Shown here: piece after piece, positions 15,208 to 26,547 of the stretch
How positions within the stretch are numbered: position 1 is the stretch's first letter
How the letters are laid out: every line of letters begins with the position of its first letter
Source: Trichoplax adhaerens
Lineage: Eukaryota; Animalia; Placozoa
Assembly (NCBI RefSeq): GCF_000150275.1
Contig: NW_002060955.1
Span: 1,098,287 to 1,162,286 of the forward strand
Direction: 5' to 3'
Length of the DNA stretch: 64,000 nt
Program-made: the position numbers and the translations under genes
The notes under the pieces: generated by a model
Database searches by the model: none
The model's input: only the letters and a program-made list of their open reading frames with translations
Told to the model about the DNA's origin: nothing

Positions 15208-15440
15208 CGTCGCTCTCATTTTAGTAAAAAACCTCTTCAGATTTAAGGGACGCCATTTCAAGATATAAATTACAACATTTTACATCAAATAAAATTTCGG
15301 AATAATTAATTGAAGAAAGATAGCGTCGTTCTTATTTTCAACGAGTGGGCTTTTAAGAATTTAGTATCGCCATTTCGAGACATAAGTTGCAACATTTTAC
15401 ATCAATTAAAATTCAGATAACTTAACTTAAGATAGATGAA
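15208..15440. repeat. Two-unit tandem duplication, ~117 bp period
   Basis: 'cgccatttc(a/g)aga(t/c)ataa(a/g)tt(a/g)caacattttacatcaa' at ~15251 and ~15368. Confidence 0.75.
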
Positions 15441-16002
15441 ATAATTTCCTATGATAAAGAAAGATATTTATCGTATATGCTCGCTCAATTACTAGAAAAG
15501 ATGCATATCATTTTGTAGTTGACAACAACCTACAATTCAAAATCGTTTTAATGTAACATTATCAAAAGTATAGCACCATTAATTTGCTAATATTCATAGG
15601 TTTTACCAGATCAATTTGAATTTACTTTTAGATATATCATTAAAGCCTGCAGTCATATACATTGCGTTTGATATTGCAACTAATGGTACGAGTGCGCTGT
15701 TTGAAGTTTTATGTATATTTATTGATTTCTTTATCCTACTAGAATTTGGTATCTGAATTCATATAATGAAAGAAAATATTTTAAAATCATAACTGCAATT
15801 TTAGAGAATATTACTTAACTATTTGAGTTTGCTTTGGTCATTGTAGTATGAGAGATTCTCTGGACACGCTACATTCTATAATGTTGCAGAGTTAGTAGTA
15901 TTGATGTGATTAGGTTAAATTATTTACCCACCAAACTTTTTTCTCAGCACCTAAAGTAACACCCGTATTATACTGAATTCTAGCTTAAAATGCTTTATTT
16001 TT

Positions 16003-16573
16003 CGTAATTAGATTGCGCAGTGATGCACCCATATTTGATTATACGGATAGTCACATTTGATAAAGTTAGGTTGCTTTAAATAGATATTATCGTGAAGCTA
16101 ACATTAGATGATTGCTAACTATTATATTAGAAATTATTGATGACCAATCGTAGTCAGTTGACTAATTATGGTACAAGATTTACGTGGCTAGAAACACTGT
16201 AGTTGTTATGATGCCCTTCGGAGAAAGGGCCTAGACGTTAATAGAAGAGTAGTGACATCTTAAGTAGAATGATTTAGATTGTAGAAAATAATGATGTACT
16301 ATTACAGAAATGTATTTTGTTTGATGACTCATGTCTGATTGTAGATTAATCAAGTTGTCATGAATGGATTTAACGAAATGTTCATAAGGAGTGCGGAGAC
16401 GAGCTCACAGAATGGAAGAGACTTCATTTCGCTTTGAGCTCGGAATACTTAAGATTTTAGCCTAAATTCTTGTAGTAATTAATTATTGCTCTACTATTTC
16501 TAATACTTACAATAAAAACCTTTTAGAAAATACCACTTGACTAAGATAGTTATTGTGAAACTCATTTATTACA
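16003..16573 (+). mobile_element. Old, degenerate solo-LTR-like repeat, same family as 55486-56037
   Basis: Colinear similarity to 55486-56037 over ~550 bp (e.g. 'tagatattatcg.gaagctaa.attagatgattgctaact', 'gctcggaatactt', 'ttcttgtagtaattaa'); ends TTATTACA. 5' end approximate and no TSD recognisable. Confidence 0.6.
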
Positions 16574-19500
16574 GATCGGCATCACGGTTTCCAGGAATTA
16601 TATGCAATTAGCAATTAAATTATGTTGGTCTAAATATCATTCATGGAATCAAAAATTTTCATTATATGCAATTTTTTTCATTCATTATCTTCTACTATAA
16701 TTTATTACTATGTGACTTTGCGTAGAATTTACTAGAGATCAATTATAGCCTAGATAAGTGGCTAGACAATATGATGTATTACAACTGTAAGGCTTGAATA
16801 AATTATATTAATTGATTCAAGAAGCCTTTAATTAATTAATAAAATGTAGGAAATGAATTGTTTCGATATTTTTTAATGCAAATTGTAAATGAGAGTATTT
16901 TGATCGATTGTTCAGTTTTCTTGCCGACGATTAGCTGGAAAATTGTACCTGCTATTGTCCCTACAATTACCTAAGAAAAATAAGTGTTTAGCTTTGCACG
17001 GCTGCATATTAGCATTTCATCGTTCATTTAATCAATAATTTAGAATTAAAGAGTTTCTATTCTGTTGTCATAATCTAAAACCGAGAGTAAACAGACGGAA
17101 CGGCGATTTATATTTGAAATATTGCCTTGTGGTGATAGAAAAGGTTCAATTTTTTAAAGTTGAGGCAACGATCATAAAGTTCCTATTTAAGATTTAATTG
17201 CTTTATATTGAGAAAGTAACTTCTGTTATTGACTTTAGTATTAGGTAAACAAACTTATTCTGACATATCTGCTAATAAAGATAAGTTACAATGTAATTAG
17301 TGTTAATTAGAACTCTATCTCTTTGAAAGATATACGCGTATTGTATTTAAGGTTAATCTATTTCTCTCTTTGAATACTCTATATACAAAATGTGGTACAA
17401 GAAACTTATTTCCCCGATGATCAGCCTATTTATGAAACAATAATGGCTACAATCTAACTAGTTACTAATTTAATCGTGATGAAGGTATGCTTGTATACCG
17501 ATATTGCTAAATCTCACTGCTAAAGCGGAATGATTGTATACTGGATCATGTAACAAGCAACAATATTGCTTAGTAATTCGGATGTAATGTTAAAGTTAAA
17601 TTTGGTAATGGTTTCGCTACCTTTGAGTTATCGGTGCAGGCATTTCTATTAATTTCGTAAATACTATCAGGAATAGATTGATTATAAAAAGACAAGTACA
17701 TCGACATTATGGCTGATATTGCACTTATATTTTAATTCCATTTGTGGTTATTCTTTTTATTCTAAATGGTGAATATGAGATCGGTGATTCTTTATTAACG
17801 ATTTGAAATTTGCTTCATTCATTTGTGAAATTTATATCTAAAGGTATGAAAGTAGGATATTTAATTGTCTGTTAAAATTACAGCATCATACTATGTTTTC
17901 ATGATATATAATGAAAACTCAAAGTAATTATCTTAATGTGTCATGCCGTATTACTTTTGATATTAATTTCTGCATACTATTTTTATATTGAAAGCATTGA
18001 TAAATAATTCGTTTACTTCATATACTGATGAGGGTCCCTGTTTCAGAAACGGCAATAATAATCACAATGCAACCAACTCTATGATATTAAGATTGATTAG
18101 GGCTCCTTTCTACTTAAATTCGAAAAGAAAATAAGTTCCAGGGTATTTGATTAGGATGGAAATGTACATAAAATGATAGGTCAAGCCTTTTTCAAAATAC
18201 CTCGTAGGGCGAAATTTCGGCAGAAGTGAAGTTGCAATCAGTAGTAGGCGCAAAGTATTCTAGAAATAGAATTATAGCATACATATTTTCTTACGTAGAA
18301 TATAGAGCAACGTAACGTAAAAGGTTTCGTAGGAAAATGAAGATACTGTTATTATCCAATAGAATAAAGAGTTTATTAGACATAATAACACGGAAAAATA
18401 GTTAAAAATAGGCCCAAGACTATAATAGTGATTTTAGTACTTTCGATAATATAATGAAAATTATCAAATTAAGACGTTAAGTTAACGTTATCTATGACTT
18501 TAATGATGCACGTAATGGTTATTAACATTGTTATTCTCGTACCTAATATGAATATTAGCCTTTATCTATTACTTTCTAGAATCTGATTTGTTTGTGAGAT
18601 AATTTCGTCTTATAGATAATGTGATTTTACTTATATGGTATAGTACACGGCTATAACAGTATCTTGGCAGGAAGTATCACTTGCGGGACTCATCTAGTTT
18701 CACTTCATGGGTTGCGAATTATGTCAATTTGCTTTGCATGCAAAGTAATCAATATAATAATTATGAATTCCTATTCATATACTATAATCGTATACCGTAC
18801 AGTGTACGATTATTACCAGATATTACTTATTACCTGCCATACATATAGCTACTAATAAATAGGATGTTATATAAATAGTGAAAGACAAGCCTTAACTATC
18901 ACTAGCGTTTATTATTTTATATGACAAATATAATGAAGCAATTTAGTTGATTTATCATGTTTAGGGTGATAGATAAACAAGTTGAGGCACTGAAAAGGCA
19001 TTTAAAATGCTGCATGATTGAATAATTTAGTATCATTTGCTTTAAAGTAGGTGATTTAAAATCTGCAATATTCAAAATTATATTATGTTATGCAAATCTT
19101 CACAGTCATTGTTTAGTAATTTCCTATCTAACATACGTCATTTCTAAGTAATAAATAGCTAATAAAACCTGATGGTAAGATTGATTATTTGAAGTTAACC
19201 TTATTAATAATAGAGACATGAATTAATTAAACTGTAATGGATAAATTTTTACTTACTGCTGGTAAGGCCTTAGAATAACCCAGTAGAGGAGGTCTGTCTA
19301 GTACATTTGCTTTTATTTGTTAGTAAATTGTTATGTCATAATATTAAGGTTAGTATCAAAAACTTAATATAAATAGAATAATACCTTTAATTTACCGTAA
19401 TTAAACAAGCACATGTTTTGTTGGATAAATTTAGTTATTGATCAAGTATCAGCTGTTTCGTATTATGTTATTGTCGTTACACTATTCTCTTGGTAGACTC

Positions 19501-20128
19501 TAGTATAGACGTTCATTATATAAGTTCATCTTTTATTGTACCGTTTTAAATTTAACAGTAAAACAAATACACCTAACTTACTTCCATTGAAATATATCAT
19601 TAAAGTCATTATCATATCATTTATTCAACATAGTAAACATAAAGCGGTGATAAATTAAGTGTTGAGAGAATTGAAAGTTTCGTGAATATTAGTTCAAAAT
19701 ATTTTTTTCTCCGCTGATTTTGGTATTTTAACCTCACTAAATTTTTACTTGGGCAAATTATAAGCCATTCTTGAAATTTCTTATTTTACCTATCTTATCA
19801 ATCAAGCCAACTAGGTTGTGATCTATATCAATTTTCTTACTGATATTTGCCGAAGAGCCAAAAAGTTTCAAGTTGACAACTAGCTGTCTTCGATTCTCAT
19901 AATTTTAACCTGGTATGGTATGTTATTAAAATATACCAGCTAGAGTCAGAAATTATTTCATCGTCAGATCTGGAAGGATTACACTAAGTCTTCAATCAAG
20001 GCTCTTTAGCGGCAAGTAGCATCAGATTTATTTTTATATTTTGTGTCTGGTTAGAAAGCTGCTCTCAGAACTGATCATCAAGCATATATAACTTTGCTTT
20101 CATTTTTTATTTTTACTTCATAACGATT

Positions 20129-21151
20129 ATGTTGGGCAATAGCAGCATTACTGTTAGCGATAGTCAATTAGCTATAAATGCAACAGCCACAACTAGCGAT
20201 AGAGTCTTTATGGAATTTATGACTATCGTTCGGCCTGTAATAGCGTCATGTATCGTCTTGATTTCTCTAATCGGCAATTTCTTAATTTGTATTATAGTTA
20301 AAAGGACTAAAATATTACATAATTTTACTAATTACATGTTAGTTAATTACTCTGTAGCAGCTATTGTAGCTGCATTATTTTTTTACCCATTTCGTATAAC
20401 ACTTTATTTTCTTGATAGTGGTTACTGGCCATTCGGTTCAATATGGTGTAAGTTGTCAATATCATTAGCTCCTATAACGGTCATAGTTTATTCACAATCA
20501 TTGATTTGTATTAGTTATGCTCGATTTCGAGCAATATGCTGTCCACTAAAGCCTTCACTAAAGCCAAAATTAGCTATATTATCTTCGTTAACAATATGGT
20601 TGATAACTCTTTTATTAACAATACCGTATATGCTAATACTGGATGTACAAGAGTTTAATATTAGCAAAATTGAAGGCAAAATTATTACGAGACCATTTTG
20701 TACACGCTCTATACAACCGAAATATAAGTTATTCATCAACGATTCATATACTATCGCACTTGTACTGCTTGCTTTTGTAATGCCTTTATTACTGATAATT
20801 TTAGCTAATACTTTGATTTATAGCGAGTTGAGAAGACTAGCCTTGCATCATCACAAGAACTCTATAACATCAATGGATAAAGAAACTGATATAGCTAAGA
20901 ATAGACTGATTGCCGAGCTCAATACTATTGTTGGCGTATTCTTTTTTACACAGATGCCTTACTACTCTTATTTACTCATCACGCAATTTTCAGAAATTAC
21001 TATTCTGCGCCGATGGAGTGAAATTATTAGATTTACTTTAACCGCGACTACTTATACAACACCGGCGTTAAATGTTGTTATTTATACCTATTTTAATCCA
21101 CATTTTCGCAAAGTTGTCTTCACATTATTTCAGCGTTTTTCACGGAAATGA
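20129..21151 (+). CDS. Rhodopsin-class (class A) GPCR, peptide-receptor-like, intronless CDS (340 aa)
   Basis: Seven hydrophobic segments; LIGN, TNY.LVN, WPFGSIWCK, ISYARF.AI..P (DRY variant), TM4 W, TM5 F.MP, TM6 QMPY, TM7 LNVVIY (NPxxY variant), NPHFRK. Confidence 0.93.
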   Translation: MLGNSSITVSDSQLAINATATTSDRVFMEFMTIVRPVIASCIVLISLIGNFLICIIVKRTKILHNFTNYMLVNYSVAAIVAALFFYPFRITLYFLDSGYWPFGSIWCKLSISLAPITVIVYSQSLICISYARFRAICCPLKPSLKPKLAILSSLTIWLITLLLTIPYMLILDVQEFNISKIEGKIITRPFCTRSIQPKYKLFINDSYTIALVLLAFVMPLLLIILANTLIYSELRRLALHHHKNSITSMDKETDIAKNRLIAELNTIVGVFFFTQMPYYSYLLITQFSEITILRRWSEIIRFTLTATTYTTPALNVVIYTYFNPHFRKVVFTLFQRFSRK

Positions 21152-23344
21152 ATCATTCATATTTTTATTATGTAAATTCAATATAATTGCAGATTTATAT
21201 TTCCCATTAAATTATTAACTTATCAGTTAAAAACCATGGACATAATATCTGTTATGTAAACGCCAAGGTTAACTGGTTGAAACAAATTTCTGGCAGGAAA
21301 TCAGTTAATACTTTTTGCTGTATACCACAAATTAAAGTGTGTCAAATATTGCAAAAATTATGAATTGAATGAAATCGATAATTGTAATAGCTGTCATAAT
21401 ATATCGACAAGTATTCAGATAACTGCTAACATGCAGCACTTGGATATGGAAATAGAAGTAGAAGCAAAAACGACTTTGATTCAGAAATGCTTGGTTAGTA
21501 ACAGCTACTCTAATTCTACTTTACAAGCCCATAAGTAAATTTTAAGAAAACAATTAACTTTTAATATTACTTGATGAAGTTGATTGCCTTCAATGCTTCA
21601 TAATCAACTAAAGTGTATCGTTATGACTAGGTTATCGTATTTTATTCTTTTATTAGCATTCTGCAACAATAATTTAATATTCCAAAACAGAAAGGGAATT
21701 ACTACCGTAATTTACTGATTTCTTACTTATTGGAACCAATTCTGTCTAGTATTTACTTGAATTTTTATTCCAAAAATTTACATGTAGATGCGTTAAAGTA
21801 ATTTCGCAGTAAGGAACATAAATTTATGTCCGCTTACTCGTTAGAGTTAAACCTTTCAATTTTTTATTTTGTCTCATTGCGGTAAAGCTACTCTCTCTTA
21901 AGTCCATTGTAACATAATTGGTGATCGATTAGGGTATGAATAATAGTTTGGATTAAAAATGATCTTTATTTGCAGAAGAAACGTGTAGGACGGTATAAAT
22001 TGTCCACTTTTACATAGAATTGAAATTGGTTACTAATCCTAGCATTGTAATACAGAAACTTTTAGAGTTACATGTCAACATTCTGATATAATAGCAAAAT
22101 ATTGACCGATCACCCGTTTCTTTCAATGGAAATTATAGTGTAGTGAGGGACGGAAAAGCAGAGTTCCGTATAGCTTTTAGTACGAAACTATTATTACTTT
22201 ACTATAGAAAATACCTAGAAAGTGATAGTATCTTTAAGTTTTACCCTGCCAAATTGTGATGTCGCCATCTTTTCTTCACTATTTTACAAGGCATTGTATA
22301 GATTATTACGGAATAACCTAAGAGCAATCGCCTAATCTAAAGAAATGGTGTTTGATAGTCTACCGGGATTTTAAATGAATTCGATTTATTAACAAAGTCC
22401 TGTCCATAAAGAAAGTAGATTTGTAACATGACCGTAAAGTACTGTAATGTACTGTAGGCTGTAATCGTACAGTTACAGTACAACTTCATGCTAAACCATT
22501 AAGTGTCAATATTAATGTTAGAAAAGTATTCATAGTTGTCATATAAAATTTTTTAATAAGGGCTCTGCGAAGTCTATAAATGAGAGGGCAATAAATCACA
22601 AAATTTAGAGTAAAGAGTAAAAGAAGATTCTTTTCAAGAACTGGGTGGTTTTTACAGGCTTTAGGGGGGGGGGGTCGAACTGCTTGCAGTAAGTGAAAAC
22701 ATTCTTCTTTTTATTAGGTTGTTTGGTTGTCGACAGTTTCAGCTCTGCCGTCTATTTTATTTCTTATAATACTTAGAATGAAGTATTTGAAAGGTTGTTT
22801 GATTTGTCTCTCTCATGTTTATTTAGTAAATTGTTGATCGGTTGTATGCCCAATTTTATTTTGTGCCAAAGTTTCGTTTAATGGACTAGAATGTCTAGAA
22901 AGTAGAACCAAACTTTGTTCGAATTTATGTCGCTTGATTTCTACATATTTCATTTCATTACAATAGTTAAGGAATAAAGCTCCTTTGAGCATATTACATT
23001 TTAAATAAGATTGAATAAAAAAATCAGGTATCCGTACGAATTATTGTATTTGCTGTGATAAAATTAGTGAACGAATGATTGTTTATTCCATTCATGATGG
23101 CCAGTAGACATACCCCAGGCTGCTACACGTTGTTTCATTGATTGCTTTAATTATCTTGATTAGTAAGAATAAATTAGCGATACTGAAGTAAACACTACTA
23201 TAGCATTTAATAATTAACTAAATCTGTTAATGATGCCAATTTTACTGTTAGTCGTCGTTCTCGACGAGATTGGCGTATATTTCAGACTTTACAACATAAT
23301 TAAATGCCTTACCGCTTTTGATCACTGTACTCGTATCTAGATAA

Positions 23345-23509
23345 CTAGCCGGTGAAAACCCGGCTACGCCGTATTTTTTTTTGCATCAAACGTGTATATC
23401 TATTACTTCACACCGAAATATCTATTATCCCCTCAAATTTTGAAGTCCCACTCTTTATTTGGCCGTGATGGTATTGTAATAAAATTGACTTTTACTTTAT
23501 GTATATAGA
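23345..23509 (-). mobile_element. Non-autonomous Helitron-like element (165 bp)
   Basis: Minus strand reads A|TCTATATACATAAAG...ACGGCGTAGCCGGGTTTTCACCGGCTAG|T: 5' TC, 3' CTAG, subterminal GC hairpin, inserted between A and T with no TSD. Confidence 0.68.
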
Positions 23510-24094
23510 TTAGCAAATCATTCTTGATATTAGTCAGTTGGATCCATTGCGAATCCTCAATAGTTTGAATGAATACGTACAATCTTACCATAATTATCGA
23601 TGCTGAAAACAACTATTGCATCTATAAAAGCCTAATTTAATCAATGTATGCGGAAGAGATTGCTTTGAGTGGGCAGATATCACTTTTAGTAATATTGTCT
23701 AGTTTCTTCTGCGTGCCAGCAATCTGTATTAAGTAACAGCCTCAATTGTATAATGGAGAGCTCATTACGATTTGCTGTGCAATACCTATTACAAATAGAC
23801 AAATATAGATTTACTTATTAAGGAGATGAAGACTTTCTTTGTATGTAGTCTCTTCTAATTTTGATAAGCTCATGGCTTGAGCGCATACCTTACCGACTAG
23901 GTAAACTTAAAATAATTTACTTATTTCAGCAGGGATTGTAAAGATGACATTTACTACTGCTTTGTACTTTATTTCCAAGACATTTACTGTTAAAACTGCG
24001 TCATTTATGAGCAAAGCTATATTTGAAAATTCCTTGACCTGATCCTAATGAACTAGCCCTTGCTACTTCCCGCAAAGAGACTTGTTGTATACTG

Positions 24095-25555
24095 TATGTG
24101 TTCTCTTGTAGCTGTTGATAGTTGTTGTAGTCTCCTGGCTTGCGGGCTCAGCTTGTGAGCAGTACAGTTCTGCAAAACCGATCGGAAGTTTGTACTACAG
24201 CATAGTCCTTGCGTACATTGTACGCTATTGTACAGTGTATAGTACTCTTCATTAGCGTACAATGATCGTGTTCACTGTGCACTGCGCAGTGACGACACTA
24301 GGATTGCTACTAAGAAGAAGACCTACTTCTTAGCACTGTGGTCCATGAGACTATGAGTGCTCATACTGTACCATATGCTGTAATGTACTGTAATTAGAAC
24401 TGCTATACGCAGATGCTATGGTGAATCATGAACTGTCTACTGGCGTTAGAATCGAACAAAGCAAAGATGGATACTGTACTGTACTGGCAGAGTGTTCTTG
24501 TAGTCTCCTGGCTTGCGGCTTCAGCTTGTGAGCAGAACCGTACAGTGTACAGTACAGTTCTGCAAAACCGATCGGAAGTTTGTACTGTAGCCCCTGCGTA
24601 CATTGTACGCTATTGTACAGTACAGTACTGTACTGTCCATAAGCGTACTGTACAGTACAATGATCGTATTCACTGTGCACTGCGCAGTGACGACACTAGG
24701 ATTGCTACTAAGAAGACCTACTTCTTAGCACTGTGGTCCATGAGACTATGAGTGCTCATACTGTACCATATGCTGTAATGTACTGTAATTAGAACTGCTA
24801 TACGCAGATGCTATGGTGAATCATGAACTGTCTACTGGCGTTAGAATCTGACAAAGTAAAGATTGGCACTGTACTGGCAGAGTGTTCTTGTAGTCTCCTG
24901 GCTTGCGGGTTCAGCTTGTGAGCAGAACCGTACAATGTACTGTACACTGTACTGTACACTGTACTGTACAGTTCTGCAAAACCGATCGGAAGTTTGTACT
25001 GTAGCCCCTGCGTACATTGTACTGTACAGTACTGTACAGTGTACAGTACTATCCATTAGCGTACAGTACAGTACAATGATCGTGTTCACGGTGCACTGCG
25101 CAGTGACGTCACTAGGATTGCTACACTGGGCACGGCAATTAGTGTGGGCCACACTAGCTTGCGGGTTTCAGCTTGTGAGAAGAACTGTACAGTGTACAGT
25201 ACTGTACAATTCTGCAAAACCAATCTAAAGTTTGTACTGTACAGTACTGTAGTCCATGCGTACTGTACATTGTACGCTATTGTACAGTGTACAGTACTGT
25301 CCAAGTGTCCATTAGCGTACAATGATCGTGTGCACTGCGCAGTACTGTGACGTCACTAGGATTGCTCCTGAGAAGAAGACCTACTTCTTAGCAGTGTGGC
25401 CAATGAGACTATGAGTGCTCATACTGTACTGTACTGCATACAGCACTAGCGGATTTTTCGAGAACTGCTGTACGCAGCCGCTGTGGTGACACGTGAACTA
25501 TCTACTGGCGTAAGAATCGGACAAAGTAAAGATTGATACTGTACTGGCAGAGTGT
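24095..25555. repeat. Tandem amplification (~4 units of ~390-410 bp, unit 3 truncated) of the SNRPC promoter-proximal region, with many CAGTA/CTGTA insertions
   Basis: 'ttctgcaaaacc' at ~24168/24558/24972/25210; 'cactaggattgct' at ~24296/24694/25110/25354; 'gagactatgagtgctcatactg' at ~24347/24742/25405; last unit ends ~85 bp before the SNRPC ATG. Confidence 0.9.
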
Positions 25556-25570
25556 GGTAGCCATCTTGAA
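25340..25570 (+). promoter_or_regulatory. Putative SNRPC housekeeping-type promoter (CRE, E-box, YY1-like motif)
   Basis: TGACGTCA 25348-25355, CACGTG 25490-25495, GCCATCTTG 25560-25568, upstream of ATG 25641. Motif matches only. Confidence 0.5.
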
Positions 25571-25640
25571 TTTTGCTCAAATTGGACATTGCAACATCTT
25601 TCTCTATAGCTTAGCTTAGAATAAATCGTAATTATTTGAA

Positions 25641-26547
25641 ATGCCTAGGTAAGCGGTACTGATAATAGTGCAATAGGATATGTTCGTAAAAGTCAATCAT
25701 TCCTTGTGACGAATCGATGATGGATATTTTTAAATTTCATTCAGATACTTTTGTGATTATTGCGACACCTTCTTGACTCACGATTCGGTAAGTGAAAGAA
25801 GTAGCAATCATTTCTACTACACATGACTGCTGATAGAATGAACATGTGGACATACCCTCAGTAATAGGCTGGTAAACGTGCTGTCTATCTGATACCATCT
25901 TATTTCTTATGATTATTTAGCCATCGGTTAGGAAAACGCATAATAGTGGTCGAAAGCATAAAGATAATGTTCGCTTGTATTATCAACAGTGGTACGACGA
26001 AAATATAAGAGACCAAGTTGCGCAAGGTATACAATCTCCTGCTTTTCAACAAATCATTTTATCGTTCAAAGATTATTGCCATGAATTTGATTACTGTAGC
26101 GTTAGTGTAGTTTTTTACTACCGAGAGCATCTAGAAGTGGAAAGATACCGTACTGTTATCAAGTTTTTATCAAAATCAATGCAAGTCTACAGTATAACTT
26201 GAATATCTATCTACTTATCCTGTCAGGGTTGATCTTGCAATCGACTGCGCTGATCTTATAGTAGGTTAAATTAAAAATCTAGCTAAGAAATGAAAAATGC
26301 TATCATTTACCATCTTGTTTTAGGCGGTAATAACAATAATTATCCAAAGTTCACTCCATACCAGCCATTCAACATGCCTCCAGCGGGACCTGGAGGAATG
26401 CCAGGCTTAGGAGGTATGCCGATGATGCGACCGCCAACAGGTATGCCACCACTACCTCAAGGAATGATGCCACCGGGAATGCCTGGTGGCGTTAGAATGC
26501 CGTTTCCTCCAGGACCACCTACTAGTCAACCGCTGAAGCCAGAGTAA
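25641..26547 (+). CDS. SNRPC: U1 small nuclear ribonucleoprotein C (U1-C), 4 exons: 25641-25648, 25745-25787, 25921-26026, 26324-26547 (126 aa)
   Basis: Spliced product [41 protein letters not shown]... is the U1-C matrin-type zinc finger followed by a Pro/Met/Gly-rich tail; all introns GT-AG and in frame. Confidence 0.96.

Noticed and set aside
22664-22675. Poly-G tract
   Set aside because: Simple homopolymer without supporting context.
24053-25350. Cluster of overlapping Cys/Thr/Val/Tyr-rich ORFs
   Set aside because: They are translations of the CAGTA/CTGTA-rich repeat on both strands; no domain, and frames differ between units.
24095-25555. CRISPR-like or RNA-gene array interpretation
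   Set aside because: Eukaryotic context, ~400-bp homologous units with no unique spacers, no cas genes, and no recognisable tRNA/snRNA/5S sequence.
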